This document shows, in pieces, positions 49,951-58,068 of a stretch of 60,040 nt of DNA. The stretch spans positions 1,224-61,263 of the forward strand of contig DPHR01000168.1 in NCBI GenBank assembly GCA_003522945.1, read 5' to 3'. This stretch comes from Clostridiales bacterium. GTDB lineage: Bacteria; Bacillota; Clostridia; Oscillospirales; Oscillospiraceae. How positions within the stretch are numbered: the stretch's first letter is position 1; every line of letters begins with the position of its first letter. A program made the position numbers and the translations under genes. Under the pieces are notes generated by a model. That model saw nothing but the letters and a program-made list of their open reading frames with translations. It ran no database searches and had not been told where the DNA came from.

Positions 49951-50523
49951 TCAGCAGAACTCGATGCCGTTTTCCTCGCTCATGGATTTTACACGGGCCA
50001 GAGATTCCACACGGACGCCCTTGCTGCGGAGCATGTCTCCGCCGGGCTGAAACGCTTTTTCAATACAGATGCCGCAGCCGACGAGCGTTGCGCCGGACTG
50101 CTCCACCAGCTCGATGAGACCGCTGAGCGCAGCGCCGTTGGCAAGAAAATCGTCAATGACGAGTACGCGGTCGTTCGGGCCGAGAAAATCCTTGGAAACG
50201 ATGATATCGTATACCCTCTGGTGAGTGTAGGAGCGGACTTTCGACGTCCATACATCTCCTGCGATATTCAGCGTCTTGCTTTTCTTGGCAAAAACAAGAG
50301 GACACCCGAAGGTCTGCGCCGTTATGCACGCAATACCGATACCGGATGCCTCGATCGTAAGAATCTTATTGACACCGCAGTTATGGTACAGGCGCTCAAA
50401 CTCTTTGGCAAGTTCGGAGAAGAACACGACGTCCATCTGATGGTTCAGAAAACTGTCCACCTTCAAAACGCCGCCGTCACGAACTACACCATCGCGGCGG
50501 ATCCTATCTTCGAGGAGCTGCAT
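49951..50523 (-). CDS. xpt: xanthine phosphoribosyltransferase
   Basis: ATG 50523 (MQLLEDRIRRDG) after a GGGGGTGAT RBS; PRPP-binding loop VLVIDDFLANGAA; 190 aa. Confidence 0.93.
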   Translation of the reverse strand: MQLLEDRIRRDGVVRDGGVLKVDSFLNHQMDVVFFSELAKEFERLYHNCGVNKILTIEASGIGIACITAQTFGCPLVFAKKSKTLNIAGDVWTSKVRSYTHQRVYDIIVSKDFLGPNDRVLVIDDFLANGAALSGLIELVEQSGATLVGCGICIEKAFQPGGDMLRSKGVRVESLARVKSMSEENGIEFC

Positions 50524-50554
50524 CCGTATCACCCCCACGGCTTAACTTGATTTC

Positions 50555-50583
50555 ATCTTATCGAATTTGTTCCGGTTTTGCAA
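50555..50583 (-). promoter_or_regulatory. sigma-A-like promoter of xpt
   Basis: The minus strand reads TTGCAA-N17-TAAGAT, about 30 nt upstream of the xpt ATG. Confidence 0.45.
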
Positions 50584-50632
50584 TGCATATATCTTGTGAA
50601 TTTCGGAGAAATATATTTCGATATTTTGTGCA

Positions 50633-50674
50633 TAACAGAAAACACCGTCGAATGGGGCTCACCCATCCGACGGT
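50633..50674 (-). terminator. rho-independent terminator after the CofE-like gene
   Basis: The minus strand reads ACCGTCGGATGGGT-GAGC-CCCATTCGACGGT followed by GTTTTCTGTT. Confidence 0.7.
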
Positions 50675-50688
50675 ATTTTGTCATTTGC

Positions 50689-51882
50689 TTATTTCTCTTC
50701 GGCGTAGGTGTCGAAGTAACCCTGAATGAACACGACCGGCGTACCCTTGTCGCCGCTGCCGCTCGTAAGATCGCAGAGCGAGCCGATGAGATCGGTGAGC
50801 TGGCGGGGCGTGGTGCCCTGACTTGCCATGTTGCCTTTGAGATCGGCATCCTTGTGGCGGATGGAATCCTCCACGGCGGAGCGCAGCTCTTCGCCGTTGA
50901 GACCGGCAAAATCGTTGTCAGCGAGATACTTGATCTTCAGCTCGTTCGGCTTGCCGACGAGACCGGCGGTGCAGGCAGGGGAGACCACGGGATCGGCGAG
51001 CTCCCAGATCTTGCCGACGGGATCCCTGAAGGCACCGTCGCCGTAGATCATGCACTCGATGTTCTTTCCGGTTGCCTTGCGCATGGCCGCGGCGAGCGCG
51101 TCAACAAATTCCGCTCCGTTGCGCGGGAAGAGCTTCACCTTGTCCTCGGAGGACTTGTTGGAGCCGAGCAGGCCGTATTTCTCGTTATAGCCGCTGCCGT
51201 TGACGCTTGCGGTGAGAAGATCATCCAGCGCGAGGACTTTCTCCGCGCCCGATTTGGCAAGACGGCGCTTTGTGCGGAACCGGGTGTGGATGTCGCAGCA
51301 GAGGACATTCTTCACGCGCGTGAGGACGGCTTCCGCCTGATTGGCGAAGAGGATCTCGGCCTCGCAGCCGCATTCCTCGATGAGTTTTTTATAATAGTCT
51401 ACATAGTCCACGCCGGTGAACGGATGCAGCGCGTAGCCGAACGCCTTGCGGTATTCTTCCTCGGTCAGCACGTCGCTGTACGGATTGATACCGGAATCCT
51501 CCAGCAGTTCCTCGTCAAAGAGATGGTTTCCGACTTCGTCCGAAGGGTAGCTGAGCATGAGCGTGATCTTTTTCACGCCGGTGGCGATGCCGCGCAGCAC
51601 GATGGCAAAGCGGTTCCGGGAGAGGATCGGGAAAATGACGCCGATATGGTCGCAGCCGAATTTCGCTTTCACGTCATCGGCAATGTTCTGCACCGTCGCA
51701 TAGTTGCCGGCGGCGCGGGCCACAACGGACTCCGTCACGGCGACGATGTCGCGGTCGTGGAAGGTGATATGCTCCGTCTCGGAGGCGGCCATGACGCTGT
51801 CGCGCACCAGCGTGACAAGATCGTCGCCCTCCCGGACGATGGGGGTACGGATGCCGCGAACAACAGCACCAACAGTTCTCAT
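50689..51882 (-). CDS. F420-0:gamma-glutamyl ligase (CofE)-like family protein, function uncertain in this lineage
   Basis: N-terminus MRTVGAVVRGIRTPIVREGDDL...IVAVTESVVARAAG resembles CofE-fold proteins annotated in Firmicutes. At 397 aa it is longer than archaeal CofE. Confidence 0.7.
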   Translation of the reverse strand: MRTVGAVVRGIRTPIVREGDDLVTLVRDSVMAASETEHITFHDRDIVAVTESVVARAAGNYATVQNIADDVKAKFGCDHIGVIFPILSRNRFAIVLRGIATGVKKITLMLSYPSDEVGNHLFDEELLEDSGINPYSDVLTEEEYRKAFGYALHPFTGVDYVDYYKKLIEECGCEAEILFANQAEAVLTRVKNVLCCDIHTRFRTKRRLAKSGAEKVLALDDLLTASVNGSGYNEKYGLLGSNKSSEDKVKLFPRNGAEFVDALAAAMRKATGKNIECMIYGDGAFRDPVGKIWELADPVVSPACTAGLVGKPNELKIKYLADNDFAGLNGEELRSAVEDSIRHKDADLKGNMASQGTTPRQLTDLIGSLCDLTSGSGDKGTPVVFIQGYFDTYAEEK

Positions 51883-51919
51883 AACGAAATAACCTCCGAA
51901 GTATTGGATTTCCGCCGAT

Positions 51920-51948
51920 ATTATGCTACAATACCGTTTGTCTGTAAA
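51920..51948 (-). promoter_or_regulatory. sigma-A-like promoter of the CofE-like gene
   Basis: The minus strand reads TTTACA-N17-CATAAT, 38 nt upstream of the ATG. Confidence 0.5.
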
Positions 51949-52019
51949 GATTTAATTTTCGATTTTTGCAATTATTCTATTTGCGTCAGTCAAAAAAAGC
52001 ACATTTTGCAGGAGTTGCC

Positions 52020-53828
52020 ATGAGAAATCTCAAAAAATTTTTGATCGTCTGCACCTTTTTCGTCGCTTTGGCTCTTCTGGCCGGCTGCGCTTCCGCACCC
52101 GCGCCGGAGATCGCCGCCACAGAAGCACCGACCGCGACGCCCTCTCCGACAGCCACGCCCGCGCCGATCTCATTCGAGGCTGCGGCTGAGGCGAATCGCG
52201 CGGAGCTGCGCACGTTTTCGGATTACGGCAGTGTTTTTTCCGCCGTGCAGGAGAGCAAAGCCGAGGGAGACGGCGCGGACGTTCCGACGCATTCCTCCGC
52301 ACTGCGCGCCGCAGCGTCGCCGGAGGAGCTTACGGAAAGCGACATTCTCCGTATTGACGGTGAGTATATCTATACGCTTACGGACAAAAATCTCACGATC
52401 TTTCATCTGAGCGGCGAGGCGGGGGAGCTTATTTCCACTACGCCGGTCGGTACCGCCTGGAGCAGCTCCGGAGACGGTTCCGGCAGCTTTGCCGGAAGCG
52501 AACGTACGCCGCTCGCGCTGTTCCTTCGCGGCTCACGGCTCGCCGTTCTTCTGGACGTATACGGGTACGAGAGCTTCGGGGGCGAGATACGCTATTCGGA
52601 ATATGTCGGTGTCGATTTCTACGACGTTTCCGATCCGCACACGCCCGTGCTCCTCGCGAGCGCCGGTCAGAGCGGCGTATACTCCGATGCGTGGATGAGC
52701 GGCGGCGCTCTCTGCGTTGCGACGGACTTCTCCGTGCTGGACGCCTCCGACGCCGCAGATACGGACAAGTTCGTTCCGCGCGTACATACCGCCGCGGATA
52801 GCCGCCTGCTTGAGACTGAAAGCCTTTACGCGCTGCCGAACGGCGGCGAGGGCTGCACCGTGCTCGGCGGCTACTCGCTCGACGAGGCGGCGCAGAAAAA
52901 TGCCGTGGCCGTCTACGGCATCGAAGCGAAAAACGTATACCCTGTACCCGGCGGTCTTTTCCTGACCGACACACGCTCCGTATCTGCCGAATCCCGCCGC
53001 ATGAGCGACAGTGTGGGTGATTATACGGAATACGTTGAGCTCCTCTGCACCGATCTTTTCCGCTTTGACTTTGATGCTTCCGGCATCTGTCCGGCGGCCT
53101 CCGGCGTCGTGAGCGGACTTCTTCCGGAAAAGAGCGCCATTGCGCCGTTTGGTTCCGGGTATGTCTGTCTTTCGGAAGTCTCGGGCTCTTATACAAATAT
53201 GTATGTTGGCAAGGGCGGTCCCGCTCCGGCCGCGGAACAGACCGGCAGCGCGCTTTATACGCTCGACGCCGCTCTTACCGTCACGGCAAGGCTCTCCGCG
53301 CTTCCGAATGGCGACAGTATCCGCTGGGCGGGCTTCACGCCGGAAACCGTGCTGCTCTCCGGCGAGAACGGATCCTGCACCGCCGATCTCTCCGTTCCCG
53401 GCACGATCACCGCCGTGCCAGGCGGCGATGTGATCCTGGCGGATGCGCTGCTTCCGTGGAAAAACGGCGGCTATGCCGCCTTCCGGCATGAGAGCGCCGG
53501 ACAAATGGCGATTGCGCTCTATGATTCATCTCTGAAGAAAACCGCGGAGCGCACGTTCGGCAGCGACTACAGCAGCACACTCGAAAGTCTGCAAAGCTAT
53601 ATCGTCCTGCCGGAGAAAAACCTTCTCGGCTTTGCCGCCGACGACAGCTATTGCCTGTATGCCGAAAACAACGGAGAGATCGAATACTGCCTGAGCGTAT
53701 TCCTGACCGACTGGGCCTGGAACGCCCGCGCTTTTGAACAGAATGGCTATCTCTGCATCGCGGATCGCCGCGAGGCGTTCGTCTATCTGCCGGACACGCT
53801 CGAAAGCGCCGCATCTTTTCTGTTCTGA
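52020..53828 (+). CDS. secreted lipoprotein with a beta-propeller domain (PF09826-like)
   Basis: ATG 52020 after a GCAGGAG RBS; lipobox LALLAGCAS. ESDILRIDGEYIYTLTDKNLTIFHL resembles the start of the bacterial beta-propeller domain family. 602 aa. Confidence 0.62.
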   Translation: MRNLKKFLIVCTFFVALALLAGCASAPAPEIAATEAPTATPSPTATPAPISFEAAAEANRAELRTFSDYGSVFSAVQESKAEGDGADVPTHSSALRAAASPEELTESDILRIDGEYIYTLTDKNLTIFHLSGEAGELISTTPVGTAWSSSGDGSGSFAGSERTPLALFLRGSRLAVLLDVYGYESFGGEIRYSEYVGVDFYDVSDPHTPVLLASAGQSGVYSDAWMSGGALCVATDFSVLDASDAADTDKFVPRVHTAADSRLLETESLYALPNGGEGCTVLGGYSLDEAAQKNAVAVYGIEAKNVYPVPGGLFLTDTRSVSAESRRMSDSVGDYTEYVELLCTDLFRFDFDASGICPAASGVVSGLLPEKSAIAPFGSGYVCLSEVSGSYTNMYVGKGGPAPAAEQTGSALYTLDAALTVTARLSALPNGDSIRWAGFTPETVLLSGENGSCTADLSVPGTITAVPGGDVILADALLPWKNGGYAAFRHESAGQMAIALYDSSLKKTAERTFGSDYSSTLESLQSYIVLPEKNLLGFAADDSYCLYAENNGEIEYCLSVFLTDWAWNARAFEQNGYLCIADRREAFVYLPDTLESAASFLF

Positions 53829-53867
53829 CCGCCCCGCTTCGGCAATCTTTTCATAATACGCCCGTTA

Positions 53868-53906
53868 AAATGGCGCTGTGGACAACCACAGCGCCATATC
53901 TTTTTC
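53868..53906 (+). terminator. rho-independent terminator after the beta-propeller gene
   Basis: ATGGCGCTGTGG-ACAA-CCACAGCGCCAT followed by ATCTTTTT. Confidence 0.75.
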
Positions 53907-53921
53907 AGGGGGATGAGTATC

Positions 53922-54251
53922 ATGCAATTGGAGAGCGCCTATACCGACGGCTGCCTTTGTATCCGATATACCGGAGATCTCGATCATCACGCGGCGCGCG
54001 CGGCGTTTCGCGAAACAGAAGCGTTTATCGACCGTTTCCTGCCGCGGCGGTGCATTCTCGATTTCTCCGGCGTTTCGTTTATGGACAGCTCCGGCATTGC
54101 CGTTGTGCTCCGCGTGAAAAAACGGATGGAGGAAACGGACGGGGATGTCTTTCTGCTTGATCCGGCGCCGCAATGCGCAAGAGTTCTTCGCACGTCCGGG
54201 ATCGAACGTTTTGTCGCAATCAAATTTACGGAGGGAAAGGCCGCAAGATGA
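53922..54251 (+). CDS. spoIIAA: anti-sigma-F factor antagonist SpoIIAA (STAS domain)
   Basis: ATG 53922 is preferred (AGGGGGA RBS). DFSGVSFMDSSGIAVVL contains the phosphorylatable Ser. Confidence 0.88.
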   Translation: MQLESAYTDGCLCIRYTGDLDHHAARAAFRETEAFIDRFLPRRCILDFSGVSFMDSSGIAVVLRVKKRMEETDGDVFLLDPAPQCARVLRTSGIERFVAIKFTEGKAAR

Positions 54252-54688
54252 AATACGAAAACTACATAAAGCTGGAATTCCCCAGCAAAAGCTGCAACGA
54301 GGCACTGGCGCGGTCGGTAGCAGGCGTGTTCGCCTCGCAGATGGACCCGACGATGGAGGAGCTCGGCGATATCAAAACAGCGGTCAGCGAGGCCGTGACG
54401 AACTGTATCGTCCACGCTTACCCGGACTGCATCGGCAAGATCCTCATGCGCTGCCGGATCCTTGAGGATAACCGGCTGGAGATCGTCATCCGCGACTGGG
54501 GCCGCGGCATCGAAGATATCGGCAAGGCGAGAAAACCGTTGTATACGACCGGCGGCGAGGAACGCAGCGGTATGGGCTTTACGATCATGGAGAGCTTTAT
54601 GGATAAGCTCACCGTCCGTTCCACGCCGGGCGAGGGGACAAGCGTCATCATGCTCCGCACGCTCCCGCGCCGCGTGCGCGACCGCTGA
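54248..54688 (+). CDS. spoIIAB: anti-sigma F factor / serine kinase SpoIIAB
   Basis: ATG 54248 overlaps the spoIIAA stop (ATGA). GHKL N-box EAVTNCIVHAY, G1 DWGRGI and G2 GMGFTIM. Confidence 0.92.
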   Translation: MKYENYIKLEFPSKSCNEALARSVAGVFASQMDPTMEELGDIKTAVSEAVTNCIVHAYPDCIGKILMRCRILEDNRLEIVIRDWGRGIEDIGKARKPLYTTGGEERSGMGFTIMESFMDKLTVRSTPGEGTSVIMLRTLPRRVRDR

Positions 54689-55392
54689 TGGAAAGCCGCG
54701 CGCAGCTTCTCTCCCGCGCGCACTCCGGCGACCGGGATGCCGTGCAGCAGATGATCGAGGAAAATACCGGCCTCATCTGGAGCGTCGCCCGCCGGTATTT
54801 TGGACGCGGGGTCGATGCGGACGATCTCTATCAGCTTGGCTGTCTCGGTTTTCTCAAGGCCATTGAGGGCTTTGACGAGCGGTTCGGCACACAGTTTTCT
54901 ACCTATGCCGTGCCGAAGATCGCCGGGGAGATCCGTCGCTTTCTGCGCGACGACGGCGCGGTAAAGGTCAGCCGCGGGCTCAAAGAGCGCGCGCAGCAGA
55001 TCCATGCGGCACGGCGCCGTCTGGAGCAGACGCTCGGCAGGGAGCCGGCGCTTTCCGAGATCGCCGCGGAATGTGGCGTGAGCGTGGAAGAGATCGCCGA
55101 GGCGGAGACCGCGGCCGCTCCGGCGGAGAGTCTGCAGCGCGAGAGCGGAGACGAAGGCTTCACGCTTGAGCACGTGCTCGGTGACTATGGGCAGGAGGAT
55201 CGCGTACTGGAGAGCGTCGCGCTCCGTACGGCGATCGAGCGTTTGCCGGAACAGGAGCAGCAGGTGATCAATCTCCGCTTTTTCCATGGCCTGACGCAAA
55301 GCGACTGCGCGCGGATCCTCTCCGTATCGCAGGTACAGGTATCGCGCCTCGAACGCCGGGCAATGGAAAATCTGCGCGCCGTTATGCTCTGA
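54688..55392 (+). CDS. sigF: RNA polymerase sporulation sigma factor SigF
   Basis: TGATG overlap with spoIIAB. Region 2 is DLYQLGCLGFLKAIEGFD...FSTYAVPKIAGEIRRFLRDD and region 4 is QSDCARILSVSQVQVSRLERRA. Confidence 0.93.
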   Translation: MESRAQLLSRAHSGDRDAVQQMIEENTGLIWSVARRYFGRGVDADDLYQLGCLGFLKAIEGFDERFGTQFSTYAVPKIAGEIRRFLRDDGAVKVSRGLKERAQQIHAARRRLEQTLGREPALSEIAAECGVSVEEIAEAETAAAPAESLQRESGDEGFTLEHVLGDYGQEDRVLESVALRTAIERLPEQEQQVINLRFFHGLTQSDCARILSVSQVQVSRLERRAMENLRAVML

Positions 55393-55912
55393 GCTGTGCG
55401 GCAAGAATGCATGCCGCCGGAAGTGCAAGACCCCAGCGGTGCGTGAGCATTGCCGCAGCAAGACATATTGCCCCGGTACACGCCGAAACGATCCGAACGG
55501 CCTTGCGGTCGCCGCAGAGCGCATAGAGGATCCGTCCGCCGTCGAGCGGCTGCGCCGGAAGCAGATTGCACACCGAAAAATACAGCGATATGCCCCGGCA
55601 TTGCGCCCACCACTCGCCGGGAAAGCGTGAGCAAAGCGCCGCCCACAGCAAACCGCACACCGGCCCTGCCGCCGCGCACACTGCCTCCGGAAGCGGCGAC
55701 GAAAACGGTGTCGTATCGAGGCACAGCCCGCTCAGACTCATGCGGAGAGAAAGGATCCGGCCACCGTACATCCATGCGGAAATACAATGGCCGATCTCGT
55801 GAAAGAACACAGCGGGCAGAACCGCGGAGAAAATGCCGGAATCGTCCAGATAAAAGAGCAGGGGGAAGACAACGGCAGCTCCGGCGGTGATCTCTACCCG
55901 GCAGCGGCTCAA
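55382..55912 (-). CDS. minimal site-2 protease (peptidase M50), SpoIVFB-like but lacking a CBS domain
   Basis: HEIGH (HExxH) and NLLPAQPLDGG motifs. The proposed TTG start at 55912 overlaps the M23 gene stop (TTGA). 176 aa. The track ORF start at 56068 lies inside the M23 gene. Confidence 0.78.
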   Translation of the reverse strand: MSRCRVEITAGAAVVFPLLFYLDDSGIFSAVLPAVFFHEIGHCISAWMYGGRILSLRMSLSGLCLDTTPFSSPLPEAVCAAAGPVCGLLWAALCSRFPGEWWAQCRGISLYFSVCNLLPAQPLDGGRILYALCGDRKAVRIVSACTGAICLAAAMLTHRWGLALPAACILAAQLRA

Positions 55913-56664
55913 ATCGCCGCCATGTAGAACGCCGGATTCAGATAAACGCCGTCGTGCGTAAGTTCGAAATGAAGATTCGGGCCGGTGACCTTGCCTGTCG
56001 CGCCGACAAGCGCGATCTTTTCCCCGGCATTGACCTTCTGCCCTTCTTCTACATAGATCTGGCTGCAATGGGCGTACATCGTCGCGTAGCCGTCCTCGTG
56101 CTCTACGCGGAGAAACTTGCCGCTCGTGCCGTTCTCGCCGACTTCCGTCACCGTTCCGGACGCAAAGCAGACGATATCGTCGCCGGAGTTTGCCGCGAGA
56201 TCCATGCCGTAGTGGAACTTTGTCTCGTTGTCGATCGGGTGCAGCCGGTAGCCGAATTCGGAGGATACTCTGGCGGAAAGCGGCTGAACGAAGGAGAACT
56301 TCGGCATGGGCGCATCGTAGGAAACATTGGCCGGAACGCCGAGATCGACGAACGGCTGCTGCTCTTCCATAAACGCCGCCATCGCCTCCTCAACGGCGGG
56401 GGACAGCTCTTCCGTGCCGGCTGGTTCCGTAAGTCCGAGAAACTCCGCGGCGTTGATCGTGACCGTGACCGGCATTGCAGCATCGTCCGCCGCCTCTGTC
56501 ACACCTGCGACGGTTTCCTCCGTCTTATAGTCTGCTCTGTGGAAAGATTTTTCAACTGTACGGATCGTTTCGGATGTGCGGGCAGGGAAGAGCAACTTCG
56601 CGGCGGCCGCCGCAACAAACAGTCCCGCTGCCACATAGATGGTTGCGCGTTTTGCACGTTTCAT
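55909..56664 (-). CDS. M23/LytM-family metallopeptidase with an N-terminal membrane anchor (SpoIVFA-like position)
   Basis: HYGMDLAA and ATGKVTGPNLHFEL motifs (HxxxD, HxH). Confidence 0.88.
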   Translation of the reverse strand: MKRAKRATIYVAAGLFVAAAAAKLLFPARTSETIRTVEKSFHRADYKTEETVAGVTEAADDAAMPVTVTINAAEFLGLTEPAGTEELSPAVEEAMAAFMEEQQPFVDLGVPANVSYDAPMPKFSFVQPLSARVSSEFGYRLHPIDNETKFHYGMDLAANSGDDIVCFASGTVTEVGENGTSGKFLRVEHEDGYATMYAHCSQIYVEEGQKVNAGEKIALVGATGKVTGPNLHFELTHDGVYLNPAFYMAAI

Positions 56665-56685
56665 TCCAAATCACACTCCTGCCAA

Positions 56686-56714
56686 AGCGTATTCGGACGA
56701 GTCACAAGCTATGA
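56686..56714 (-). promoter_or_regulatory. weak sigma-E-like promoter upstream of the M23-M50 pair
   Basis: The minus strand reads TCATAGC-N14-AATACGCT, a partial match to kmATAww-N14-CATAcahT. Confidence 0.3.
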
Positions 56715-56729
56715 ATCCTTTTTTGTCGC

Positions 56730-56758
56730 TTGACTTTTCAGGCATATTTTGGTAGAGT
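56730..56758 (+). promoter_or_regulatory. sigma-A promoter of tRNA-Gly
   Basis: TTGACT-N17-TAGAGT with TGG immediately upstream of the -10 box; 19 nt before the tRNA 5' end. Confidence 0.5.
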
Positions 56759-56777
56759 ACATCAGTAAACAAAATAC

Positions 56778-56851
56778 GCGGATATAGTTCATCGGTAGAA
56801 CGACGGCTTCCCAAGCCGTAGAGGTGGGTTCGATTCCCATTATCCGCTCCA
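56778..56851 (+). tRNA. tRNA-Gly (anticodon CCC), encoded CCA
   Basis: GCGGATATAGTTCATCGGTAGAACGACGGCTTCCCAAGCCGTAGAGGTGGGTTCGATTCCCATTATCCGCTCCA. Acceptor stem GCGGATA/TATCCGC, anticodon loop TTCCCAA, T-loop TTCGATT. Confidence 0.93.
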
Positions 56852-56855
56852 TGGG

Positions 56856-56905
56856 AAAACCCCTTGAAATGCTCGAAAAACGAGCAATTTCAAGGGGTTT
56901 TCGGC
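56856..56905. terminator. long bidirectional hairpin between tRNA-Gly and the integrase gene
   Basis: AAAACCCCTTGAAATGCTCG-AAAAA-CGAGCAATTTCAAGGGGTTTT, about 17 bp with one bulge. Confidence 0.75.
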
Positions 56906-56919
56906 GTTTTGCCGTGCTG

Positions 56920-58068
56920 TTATTCTGCGCTGGGTGGTATGGCGGATGTACGTTTTGGAGCGTTTTTTGACCCTTTTTTACTAACGGATTTACTAACGGA
57001 ATAGAACCGGCGCATTTTCTTCGCGGCCTTGGAAAGATCTTTTTCCGAAAGACGAAGATAAAAATCATGGACGGTTTTCCAGTCGCTCCAGCCGCCGTGC
57101 CGCATGGTTTCTTCCTCCGACCATCCGAGATGATAGGCGAGGGAAGCGAAGCTGCGGCGCAGACCGTGCAGGCCGACCTCCGGGAGATCGTTTGCGGCAC
57201 AGATCCGGTTGATCTGCCGCCGCACGCCGTCGCCGAGCGCGCATATATCACCGTTGTGATCTTGCAGGATTTCCAGAAGCCGGGGTATCACGATGGGGAC
57301 GACGCGCTGCGAGCGGGCGCTCTTGTTCTCTTCCCGGCGTATCCATTCGGCGGAGGATGTATAGACCGTAGCGCCGGAGACGGAGATCGTCTCGGCTTTG
57401 AGATCGATGTCCTCCGGGCGGAGCGCGAAGATCTCCGAGCGGCGGAGAGAGTGCAGCGCAAGGAGCGCGGGAAGCTCGACGGGCGTGTCGCGGATCGCGT
57501 CCACGAAGGTTAGTATCTGCGCATAGTCCAGCCACGGAGTATCGGCCTTTGGGACGACGCCGAGATCCACGGGGTCAAACGGTATCTTCTGCTCCTTGTA
57601 GGCGGCGGCAACAAAGCCGAGCTCATTCTTCAGGGTTTTCTTTGCGACGCGCTGTGATTCTGACGCAACGGCGCGCGGCCAGTTTATAGAGCGGATATCC
57701 TTATCCATGCAGCCGGGAAAAGCGCTGTTGCGGATGCATTGATAGCTTCGCCTGGTAGACGGCGAAAGCATGGGACGGTCTTCCAGATACTTATCGAGGA
57801 GCTGCCCGAGCGTGAGCCGGGGGAGCGCCTTCTCCGCTTCCAGAAACCCGGCACGGATGGCGAGGGCTTTGGTGCGGCATGCTTCCTCCGTGGGCTCGGT
57901 GACGTTCACGCCCTCGCGGCGGAGCTGCACCGTCCAGCTGCCGGAGGGGAGCTGCCGGGGAGCGGGGATCTTGAGCTTCTTTTCCTTTTCACGGAGCTGC
58001 TTCTTTCCGCACCAGTTGCAGTACAGCGAGTTTTCCGGGATCTCGCGGGAGCAGTTGCAGCACTTCAT
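56920..58068 (-). CDS. int: tyrosine-type site-specific integrase with an N-terminal zinc-ribbon
   Basis: N-terminal CNCSREIPENSLYCNWCG. Catalytic residues in LHSLRRSEIF (Arg), HGLRRSFA (HxxR) and TVHDFYLRL (Tyr). 382 aa. Confidence 0.92.
   Translation of the reverse strand: MKCCNCSREIPENSLYCNWCGKKQLREKEKKLKIPAPRQLPSGSWTVQLRREGVNVTEPTEEACRTKALAIRAGFLEAEKALPRLTLGQLLDKYLEDRPMLSPSTRRSYQCIRNSAFPGCMDKDIRSINWPRAVASESQRVAKKTLKNELGFVAAAYKEQKIPFDPVDLGVVPKADTPWLDYAQILTFVDAIRDTPVELPALLALHSLRRSEIFALRPEDIDLKAETISVSGATVYTSSAEWIRREENKSARSQRVVPIVIPRLLEILQDHNGDICALGDGVRRQINRICAANDLPEVGLHGLRRSFASLAYHLGWSEEETMRHGGWSDWKTVHDFYLRLSEKDLSKAAKKMRRFYSVSKSVSKKGSKNAPKRTSAIPPSAE

Noticed and set aside
50524-50640. Expected a purine riboswitch in the xpt leader.
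   Set aside because: I read the minus strand and found no UAUAAU...GAUAUGG...CCGUAAA...GACUAU pattern, only a short leader with a promoter-like TTGCAA-N17-TAAGAT. The riboswitch is downstream of xpt instead.
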